Shown here piece by piece: positions 55,701-64,000 of a stretch of 64,000 nucleotides of DNA. Both the position numbers and the translations under genes were made by a program. A model generated the notes under the pieces. It saw only the letters and a program-made list of their open reading frames with translations. It had not been told where the DNA came from and did no database searches. This stretch comes from Tubiluchus corallicola (Eukaryota > Animalia > Priapulida). The stretch lies in the NCBI GenBank assembly GCA_030141605.1, contig JAQGDQ010000520.1:92130-156129 (forward strand), given 5' to 3'. Positions within the stretch are counted from its first letter, which is position 1. Each line of letters starts with the position of its first letter.

Positions 55701-58700
55701 TAATAATTTTGCCTCTCTCGTTCTGTTTTGTCCGACTGCAGTTTTGAGCCCACATTCTCCGACACGGAAAACACAAGTAACTGACAGAGCTATTTTTGAT
55801 GGTCTGATAATATCTCCGAGGAATAATAGAGGAAAGATAATGGACCATGTATTGTTAATTCATGACAATGATTTAACACTTAGGTTTTAGGCGATTCATG
55901 AAGATAATTCATGATGTGCACACTTAGTAATATATGTCATAATTTCTTTGTAACATTCGAAATAAATTGTAATCTTACCATTTGCTTTACTTTGATTTTC
56001 AGCACCAAATGGAGAGAGAACTCCTATCAGACTCACCGAAACTCACAATAAAGGTGTTTACAAAGCTGAATATTTCTGTAGGCAGCCAGGTAAGTTCCCA
56101 CTATCAACCAATAATAATGCTAATTTAAGCCATTTTGTAGTTGTCTTTTTGTAAGTACAGTGGCCGCCGCTTATTGTGGACACGTCGGGCCAGCAGTGTA
56201 TGTCCATATTAAGCGGCTGTCCATATTAAGCGAAGTGACCCATGAAGACCCTTCCCCTTCATTAAAAAAGGCAAAAAACTGTCTGTATCAACTCGTCTCC
56301 TGTTTTATTGAAAAAAAGAAGTCAGACGAGTTTGTTTGGCAGGAAACTTTTCTCTCAACCTTGAACGGAAGGAAGTTATCTCAGTTTCGAAGCTCTCAAG
56401 GCCACGGCAAACGGCGAACTGACTGATGCAATGACTCACACAGGCAGCAGAGCGGGAAGCTCTTTTCAATCACGCGCGCAGGCCGTGGTTGGCACGGCTG
56501 GTCACGTGCCAAGAATGTTCGCTGTCCATATTAAGCGGCGGTTGTCCATATTAACCGGCGGATTTTATTAGGGGAAAATTCCGTCCCTCGCGAGTTGTCC
56601 ACAATAACCGGCTGTCCACAATAACCGTGTCCATAATAAGCGGCGGCCACTGTAATTGTGATGTTTTGTATTTAGGGTCGTATGTTTTGGATCTGAGGTA
56701 TGCTGGAAAGCCTATTAGTAGCAGCCCTTACACTGTAAAAGCATTTGATGCAAATCTCATCTCCGTGGACATGCCTCCATCACCAGCACTCATAGGAATA
56801 CCAGTCAATTTTACAGGTACACAAAATGACACTTAGTTTAATATACTAGTTTATTGTAATTTTTATGAATATTATGAGAAAGACTTTTCTTTCTCAGCTG
56901 AATGAGATCATGTTCCAAGATTCACATCTTGGATGACTCACGTACTTATTTTTACCTTAAGAATGTAATTAAGTATATAAAATGATACTGTAAATGAGAA
57001 TATAAAGTGGTATTCTTGCGATACATTTTTGCCACAATATTAAATACAACGAAAAACTATAAAATGCTTTTGTGAGATTTAATATGTAATATACTTCGAT
57101 TTATTATACCGTCAAAAATTAAGATTCTTATATTGTTTATTATCAGAGCTTGGTTCAAGCATTAGACTTTTTTTGTATGTGGCAACTCAAGTGATCTTGA
57201 TAACAGTAACAAACAAGTATTTTTTATCGTGTCTTGTGACTTAGCATCTTTTTGTTATTTATTTTATTTTAAATTTATTTTATACACAAAAGTGTGCATT
57301 ATACTTTTACTTGTTGATACTTGTTGATTGTCTGTACTTACTGATTTTGATTTTTTAACTTTGGTTGACTTCTTGCAGTGATTTTCGTTGCTTCCTTGTT
57401 TTTTGAATAGTCAGTAAGAATTTATTAATTGTTTTATTGTACAGTTGATGCCTCGGAAGCCGGATCTGGCAATCTTGAAATCATGGTTAATGGTGGTCAT
57501 GTTCACTGTGGTGTACAAAAGGTTGGAAACCAGAGGTTCAAAGGTAGCTTTGTACCGGAGAACACAGCTCCTCATACAGTCGAGATGAGATTCAATGAGT
57601 TGCCTGTTCAAGGTCTGTCTTAATATTGTATCTCATTAGATTATATCATTGGTGTGTCAGTAAAGCCAAGTTTAGGTCAACCAGCAGTGCGACCCAACCC
57701 ACCTCAACTGACAGAAAGCAGTCGTAGGCACATACTCATGTCGACTGCGACAGATTTCCAGCAACTAGGAAGATACAAGTTCCTGCGAGTTGCAACACTG
57801 CTCAGGTTGACGATGCATGAACGTACTCGAATAACAAAGTCTCTGGCCAGACTATGTGACCAGACCACAATCATGCTCAGGTTAAAACTGCATGGCTGGT
57901 ACGTGCTGTGAGTAGGACATGAGCAATTCACTGGAACAGAGTTGCGTTGTAAGCTTGCTTATGTCAACTAGATATACTTGGAACTAGTGTCGTACTGGTG
58001 CGCCAGTTGCTGAGTCTTCAGTTCCTCTCAGTTGTGTTGCTTCGCAAGGTCGACCTAAACCTGCCTTTAAAGTCTAAGCAGCATTCCCTTATTGACAAAA
58101 ATTTACTCATTGATACTCAACCAAAAAGCCAATTGCAGTCTTTTATGCTCTTAAAGTATTTTACCCGTACAAAGGACAAAATTTAAATAGTTATCTGTGT
58201 TTCTAATATAGTTTAATGTTATCTTGTTTGACGAAAAATTCAAATTACTATAATAGTTTTACTCAAAGGACAAACTCAGAAGTTTATGAACTTTGATGGG
58301 GTTGATGTTGTTGTAGCTAAACATCATGTGTATGATAAAAATAAAAAAGAGTTTGGCACTTTTATATGAAAATCTTTGTATTGGTTTTAGTCATGCGTTT
58401 AGAGTTGATGTTAAACAACTTTATATTTCATACTTGTTTTTTCTTTGTTTTTTAGTTCTCATGAAAATTCGTGCTATCCTTTTGATCATTTAATTTAACT
58501 GACTCTAAGCATTAGTGAAATATTTTGCAGGTAGCCCTTGGAGATACGATGTGTTTGATGTAGGTAGAATAAAAGCTCATGGCGACGGTTTGAAATCTGC
58601 TACTCTCAACAAACCGACGTCATTTGAAATTGATACAGGTGGCCAACCAACTGAACATCTTCAAGTAAAAGTTAAAGGTGTGTTTTATCTGCCTCAGTAT

Positions 58701-61700
58701 GTATCTTTGTCTTTCTGTAGAGATGCAAAAGTTGCACGAGGAAGTTAAACCATTGTAAAGTTTTTAAGATTAAGATTTATGTTAAGATTTTTGTTAGTAA
58801 CCCTTATTCATTTTGATTGCTTTCACAGTAGAAGGAACAAATAAAAACAAAGCACCACAACAGCTGAGTACAGTTGCACAATTTAGTAACAAAATCAACT
58901 GTATTGGTGACTGGCTTTGTTTTCGCACCTACTTCCATTAAGAATTTAATAAGCAACAAGAACATATGACTTCACGTATAACCTCATAATCATAATGATC
59001 TGCATATTTGTGGTTTTCTCCTTTTAGCACCAGATGGCAAGGTACTTCCATCAAGAATTACTGAGACACAGCAGGGCCTTAGCAAAGCTGAGTACACAAT
59101 GACTGAAATGGGTTAGTAGTTAAAAAGACTTGTATTTCTGATTTGAATTGACTGCCCAAAAGACCAAAGACCAACAATAATCGGCACCAGGGGTTTATAA
59201 ACTTTATACCCTGTTTACTGCAAGATCATTATTATCCTTTTGTTTTCCGCATATAGAAGTCTGTATTTTGTTTAGCAAATATTAATGGTATCTACTAACA
59301 TACTTACATACCATATGCAACTCTTTCTAGCTTGTATTTTATAACTTTCCAAAATAGTCTTTTTGTTTGATGCACTTGGGAAGTTGATGTATATACGAAT
59401 ATTTTTTGAAAACTGTGACGGTTAAAAATATTCTTGTTATTTGACTATTGCAAAGATTTTTGTGTATTTACAAAACATGTTTAACTGAATGGTGTGTACC
59501 CTCTACTAACTAATAGATAGATAGATAGATATTTTATTTCTGAAAATCACATTTCCAACACAAAAATTACAAATTACACCCGATGGTTTTATCAGCGGGC
59601 AGAGCTCAGGTAATGATTTCCAGATCGTACTAACAATTTTACTCAACATAGCTGCACAGGTATACATATAGGTATACAAATTTAGTTGTAAGCTCCATAA
59701 AGCGAAAAATAAAACTATTTACTAAGCATTTGTACACATGTATTAAACAAATATTTTACCTATATGATGATCTCCGTGATGCGGTTATATATCCGCTAAC
59801 AAAGCTATACTATTTAATTCACAAATCTTGCATACAGTCGTAAATGAAACTACCTATTGACGTTAATTCTCCATCAAATAAATTTGCAATATTACTATAA
59901 TTTAATGCGTACAGTGATCTATAAAGTGCATTTTCATGGCACTCGCACAAAAAATGCTCTTCTGTCTGAATTTCTCCACAAAGACACAGCCTGCGCTCAC
60001 GAGGTACATTTGCCCAACGACCTGTTTCTATAGCTAGATTGTGTGATGAGACCCTTATTCTTGTGATGAGTATACGTTTGTGCTCAGGTAACTCTGTCTT
60101 CCCATACATTGGATACACGGTCAAATTGGGATTTATTTCCAAATAAATCTTGCATTTTGTACGATTAGAAACTCGGACATGAGTCTTTCGTCTCTCTACA
60201 TCTGTCTGTACATGATCCGTTGTAGACATAACACTGTCTAAATATTTGTATCCCTTTGTTCGCGTATCTTTACATAAATTCCATACCAGCATAAACGGGT
60301 CATCCGTCATAGCGTGACGCTGGCTTACCAACTTCGAGACGAACTTCTTTTGCACGTTTTTTACCCATTTTTTTTGTTTCATATTTTAGCTCTGCCTTTT
60401 TACCTATTTGATTCACTGAACTGATATTTTCGTCACCACCTTGTTGATTTCACTTTTTTAAATCGTCTTACGGTGCATTTTTCTATTAGGTAAACACAGC
60501 ATTGATGTTAGATATGCAGGGCATAGTATAGCTGGTAGCCCATATACTGTGAAAGCTTCAGACGCTCGCCGTATTAAAGTCTATGAATTGCAGGACTCTA
60601 ACCAAGGTTACACTGGAACACCTATCAGCTTTGTAGGTTAGTTATTTTTACATGCTCTGATTAGCAAATGGTTGCATATATCGTGCAGGCCTAAAGCTAC
60701 TTTTTGATAGGATGCATTGTGTGCAAGTTCTGATACATTGCCTTTTCCCATAGTTGATGCAAACAGTGCCGGATCCGGTAACTTAGAAATCATGGTTAAC
60801 AAAGGCAAAGTAGCCGTTGATGTTCAAAATTTGGGACAGCAAAAATTCCGAGCCAGCTTCACGCCGAAAAAAGCAGACACTCACATACTGGAATTGAAGT
60901 TCAATGGTCAGCATGTACCAGGTATGAATGCGACTTGCTTACGTACAAACACGCATGCAGGCACGTGCGCGCATACACACGCTCACACACACACTGAGTA
61001 CTTTCGTGGGAAGGAATAATTAATTTCCACTTACTGCAATAAAGTTACCATTGGCAAAAGGGTTATGTTTTCATTGCTTTTTTTTCTGTTAGTCAGCAGG
61101 ATTATGCACAAAACTTTGGGTGGGAAGGGTTGGTCATAGGCAAGGGTGAATAGAAGATTTTTATACTAATCTGACTCTACCAGAGCCTACAAGAAACTTC
61201 CTAGTTCTTTTTATGCGATTTTTCACTGAAAAACCATACGCCGCAAACCAATTAATGAGACACGTGCCCATAACTCTTGCTTATAAATTGCCTTTCAGTG
61301 TGTAATGTATTGACCAGATTAGTTAATTATTATGTTATAAGCATGGGGCAAAATAGTAAACAAATACTATGTAATATGTAAAATGTTTGTGCATTATTAA
61401 TTGTAATCTTGTTTAGCCTTTCTTTTAAATTAACTTGAGTATTATCTACTACAGTGGCCGCCGCTTATTATGGACACGGTTATTGTGGACAGCCGGTTAT
61501 TGTGGACAACTCGCGAGGGACGGAATTTTCCCCTAATAAAATCCGCCGGTTAATATGGACAACCGCCGCTTAATATGGACAGCGAACATTCTTGGCACGT
61601 GACCAGCCGTGCCAACCACGGCCTGCGCGCGTGATTGAAAAGAGCTTCCCGCTCTGCTGCCTGTGTGAGTCATTGCATCAGTCAGTTCGCCGTTTGCCGT

Positions 61701-63505
61701 GGCCTTGAGAGCTTCGAAACTGTGATAACTTCCTTCCGTTCAAGCTTGAGAGAAAAGTTTCCTGCCAAACAAACTCGTCTGACTTCTTTTTTTCAATAAA
61801 ACAGGAGACGAGTTGATACAGACAGTTTTTTGCCTTTTTTAATGAAGGGGAAGGGTCTTCATGGGTCACTTCGCTTAATATGGACAGCCGCTTAATATGG
61901 ACATACACTGCTGGCCTGAGGTGTCCACAATAAGCGGCGGCCACTGTATTAACAATCAACCTATTACCATTAATAAAGGAGCAAAAATAGTAGATGAACA
62001 CCATGTAAAATGTTTATGCAGCCCCGGGGGAAGGTTTGTGCTTTACTGGTGTCACACTAATGTTTGTATGACATTATTTTATATTGTCATTTGTTTGTTT
62101 ACGTGGATTTTGTGGATCAATCCTTTTGTATTTTGCGGCTTATTAACTTTGATTTAATAAAATGATAGAAATTGTGATTCTAAAAGCTTAATTGTAATCT
62201 AGGGTTTCCCCGTTCTTTCAACATTGTCGATCCCGCTTCCTCTGCCCGACTGTATGGAGGCGATTTACATGGTGGGAATATCCATACACCGCTTGCTGTG
62301 CAAATGAATACAGCTGGTGCTGGTGTACATGTTGTACCGGAGGCAAATCTTATAGGTACGATTGCCATTGATTGTTTATATCATGATACGTATGCATACA
62401 TTAAAAATAATATATCTGTTGATAGAATTATCCATATTTGGCAAATAAATGTAATCACAGTAGCTTTTTTGTTGAGAGACTTTAATATAGGTTCTTCTGA
62501 ACCTGTTAACCAATCCTTTTAACTTTCTATTTATCTTCTCTTCAGATGTATGTATGTTGCATATCAGATTTGTTTGTTAATAAAATACTGTTTAAACTAA
62601 ATGTGACTTCATCAAAATGAATTTACTGCTGACCGGTTTCGAACAAAACTATTCGGTATCAAGGCATCTAAAGGAAAGAAATTTACCAGAATTTAGAAAT
62701 AACATCGACATACAATTCAGTAGTTAATAACCAGATGTATGATATATATTATATAGATAATATTACAGACTACATCTTTATTTGTATGAAACTATTTAAC
62801 ACTCCACAAACAAACAAACCATTATGTTAGTAGTAACAGCATTGTCAATTTTAGGGAGCTGCCATTTTGTTACTAAATTCCACAAGCCACAATGCACTGC
62901 TGATAGTGTTTTTTATATTAAGAATAAACTAGCAGATGTCAAATGATTATTGTTTTAGGACCCAGTGGGAAAAGGACACCATGCCGCACTGTGGAAGTTG
63001 ATAGAGACATGTATAAAATTGAATACATATTGACTGAGAAAGGTACAGCATCACTGTTTTAAGTAATTTACTTCAATATTTTAGTAAATGTGGCATCCCT
63101 TTTCAACATTTGTATCAGGAGTGCTAGAAGAAGTTATTAAACAATTCGTTTCCAAAATGTCTTCATTGAATTTTGCAAGTTACACCAGCTAGACTTCACG
63201 ACATATGCCACTAGTGAAAAATGTAAACTGGTCAGCTTATCTGTATAACTTCATTAGCTTTTTGACACACACTTGCTCTTAAAAGTAACTAAATGTAAAT
63301 ATGAGATTTTTACCCTTCATATTAACACATATTAACACATTTTGCAACTTGTTATTTTCAGGCACAAGCAATTTGGAAGTAAAACTCAGTGGTCATCATA
63401 TCGTGGGAAGCCCATTCCCAGTTCGCGCATACGATCCAGATTCAGTTAGGATGTTGAATCTTCCAACAGGACCAACTAAAGTTAATGAGCCTATCACATT
63501 TATGG
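30078..63505 (+). CDS. jbug: Filamin-family actin-binding protein, jitterbug/FLN-2 type (3 CH domains + at least 20 filamin Ig repeats), 3'-partial, 44 coding exons, about 2200 aa in window
   Basis: Exons: 30078-30447, 34830-35025, 35486-35765, 36685-36987, 37896-38051, 38566-38694, 39114-39246, 40204-40308, 40467-40673, 41079-41225, 41567-41650, 41877-42014; then modules M1 43207-43374/43781-43927/44067-44150/44357-44506; M2 45930-46097/46226-46372/46639-46722/46862-47002; M3 47391-47558/47680-47832/47938-48021/48282-48425; M4 48589-48756/49560-49706/50099-50185/50406-50546; M5 50881-51048/52270-52416/53140-53223/54413-54553; M6 54670-54837/55216-55362/56003-56089/56676-56816; M7 57445-57612/58531-58677/59028-59111/60490-60636; M8 60754-60921/62203-62355/62959-63042/63362-63505. 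CH1 WIQIQKKTFTNWVN...GNLKLILGLVWTLIL, CH2 NFTSDWNDGVALSAL...LDELSSMTYLSYF, CH3 NFTTDWNDGRALCSLV; Ig repeats show VDAS.AG.G.L and GSP(F/W/Y) signatures. The jbug orthology is from recognition of the N-terminus and 3-CH layout, not from a search. Confidence 0.9.
31724..31800. repeat. (ACT)n / (ACGACT)n microsatellite
   Basis: actactact...acgactacgact; gives the poly-Thr pseudo-ORF. Confidence 0.9.
31955..32233 (+). mobile_element. Degenerate RTEX-like LINE 3' end
   Basis: Frame reads LPREDRICTCNNSMQDEQHVIT, the same Cys/His motif as the 32549 and 59819 ORFs; ends in (GTT)n at about 32219-32233. Confidence 0.5.
32360..33080 (+). mobile_element. Non-LTR retrotransposon (RTEX-like) ORF2 C-terminal fragment in filamin intron 1
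   Basis: SRFVLSAHHLKVETGRW...RRSCNICEDEVQDEQHVVTRC, the ETGR-W plus CxxC...H...C motif typical of LINE ORF2 ends; no RT core present. Confidence 0.7.
37245..37514 (+). mobile_element. Penelope-like non-autonomous element with inverted pseudo-LTRs and hammerhead-ribozyme motifs, 11-bp TSD
   Basis: TSD TTTCCAGAGTT at 37234-44 and 37515-25; about 220-nt palindrome 37244-37464; CTGATGA-stem-GAAA-like cores at 37378-37413 (+) and 37306-37339 (-). Confidence 0.65.
38415..38532. repeat. 64-bp tandem duplication
   Basis: gcagtgcacaatgatgtagttacacttttattatact.ttattaagta.gtgta occurs twice. Confidence 0.85.
42316..43097. mobile_element. PIF/Harbinger-like MITE copy, interrupted by a Penelope-like insertion
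   Basis: Collinear with 57664-58066 (cctcaactgaca, gatttccagcaact, gcgagttgcaacactgctca, accacaatcat, aagcttg.ttatgt..act.gatatact.ggaa.tagtg, ctaaacctgc). Confidence 0.6.
42522..42884 (-). mobile_element. Second copy of the Penelope-like hammerhead element, 9-bp TSD, nested in a MITE
   Basis: TSD CACAATCAT at 42513-21 and 42885-93; minus strand TACAG-CTGATGA-AGTCTATGAAGGAT-GAAAGCTT-CTGGA at about 42614-42652; same 3' end (...ttattttcaagc) as the 37245 copy; inverted partial repeat at 42843-42880. Confidence 0.65.
44650..45010 (-). mobile_element. RTE-clade LINE ORF2 3' fragment (pseudogenised)
   Basis: Minus strand RKMLGINWPKKLSNQDLYDL...WSEVTQ*RRFRWVGHVIR...GKKSREGQLATYLDVLKK; RRxRWxGHVxR is the RTE C-terminal hallmark. 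Confidence 0.7.
49711..49986. repeat. Diverged tandem duplication of about 140 bp in an intron
   Basis: gtttaaaa.atttttgtat.ttcattttaactt.catt.taattgta...tagagaag.gaatg...tattcatt.taaata.attttgatc at 49711-49851 and 49861-49986. Confidence 0.7.
56158..56652 (+). mobile_element. Young Tc1/pogo-type MITE, 495 bp, copy 1
   Basis: TA TSD (56156-57, 56653-54); 26-bp TIR CAGTGGCCGCCGCTTATT(G/A)TGGACAC; repeated subterminal tgtcca(t/c)a(t/a)taa(g/c)cgg motifs; GC-rich against the AT-rich background. Confidence 0.92.
57664..58066. mobile_element. PIF/Harbinger-like MITE, about 400 bp
   Basis: TIRs AGCCAAGTTTAGGTCAACC / revcomp AGGCAGGTTTAGGTCGACC flanked by TAA/TTA; homologous to 42316-43097. Confidence 0.6.
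59514..60382 (-). mobile_element. 5'-truncated RTEX-like LINE with intact ORF2 end, 3'UTR and (TATC)n tail
   Basis: ORF 59819-60382: RIRVSSHNLAIETGRWANVPRERRLCLCGEIQTEEHFLCEC; minus-strand AATAAA followed by tatctatctatctatc (+ strand gatagatagat at about 59516-59530). Confidence 0.8.
61452..61946 (-). mobile_element. Young Tc1/pogo-type MITE, 495 bp, copy 2 (inverted relative to copy 1)
   Basis: TA TSD (61450-51, 61947-48); same TIRs and length; reverse complement of 56158-56652 with only 4 substitutions found by eye. Confidence 0.92.
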
Positions 63506-64000
63506 GTAATTAAATGCCTTATGATTACTTAGTAAACAAGTGACACAAAATCTAAATTTTGCATTTAGACATTGGCATGAGTTGTTAACTGGGTATGTGG
63601 CAAAGACCTCATATAGAAAAAACTCAATATCAGACATGCTCTTGCAAGATATTGCGCAGCAAACACTTTGTCTGTTAGGAGTATGCTAGATTTCGTGATT
63701 TGGTTACAAAGAAATTCGGTACATCTGAATATTAACAACATACATACCCTTTGCATGTTTTGTTTGTTGATCTATTCTCAGATGTAATTATAAGCTATGC
63801 CAGAGAAAGAGAAAGAACGCTAGGTAAAAGACTGGTTTACAACAAACGTTTTTCTTATTATTTTTTATTATCAAAGGCAGATTTTCATATTGAATGTAAT
63901 TCTGATTATTGTAGAATTCTAATTCCAAGTATAACGGTGTTGCATTTTATAGAACTATGTCACTTGCTTAAAGTATGTTACGAGGTCCACTAAACATTTT

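Larger units (their letters stand above)
43207..63505 (+). repeat. Eight tandem 4-exon coding modules (A 168 nt, B 147/153, C 84/87, D 141-150), each about 180 aa = two filamin Ig repeats
   Basis: Exon A always 168 nt beginning VDAS.AG.GNLEIMVN; B begins GSPW-like; C begins APSG-like; D contains G.(H/Y).(I/L)D..Y.G..I.GSPY. All boundaries are phase 1. Intron sequences are not visibly conserved between modules. Confidence 0.9.

Noticed and set aside
56160-56426. 88-aa ORF (and its 108-aa twin at 61678-62004) as a duplicated gene or transposase
   Set aside because: Both lie in the two MITE copies and start from non-ATG or flanking sequence; no DDE or HTH motif is recognisable.
43207-63505. Dscam-style mutually exclusive exon clusters
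   Set aside because: Exon order is ABCD-ABCD, not AAAA-BBBB, and all exons join consecutively into complete Ig domains, so constitutive inclusion is fully plausible.

Overview
AT-rich animal (probably invertebrate) genomic DNA containing two large multi-exon + strand genes; I spliced the exons by hand using GT-AG sites and frame continuity. (1) 550-23324 is the 3' part (21 exons, about 1320 aa) of a soluble adenylyl cyclase (ADCY10/sAC)-like gene covering the STAND-type P-loop NTPase and helical/TPR-like C-terminus. The cyclase domains must lie upstream of the window, and the Walker A lysine is replaced (GTTGQGSS). (2) 30078->63505 is a jitterbug/FLN-2-type filamin with 3 CH domains and at least 20 filamin Ig repeats, continuing past the window. 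Its rod consists of 8 tandem copies of a 4-exon, 2-Ig module, and 37 consecutive exons are symmetric phase 1-1 with lengths divisible by 3. The introns hold many transposon relics: a near-identical inverted pair of 495-bp Tc1/pogo-type MITEs bracketing six rod exons (an 855-nt candidate circRNA with a stop-free circular ORF), two TSD-flanked Penelope-like elements carrying minimal hammerhead-ribozyme motifs, piggyBac-, hAT- and Harbinger-like MITEs, RTE/RTEX LINE ends, tRNA-derived SINEs, a foldback element and mini/microsatellites. Most ORFs in the supplied track are exon-plus-intron read-throughs or spurious.
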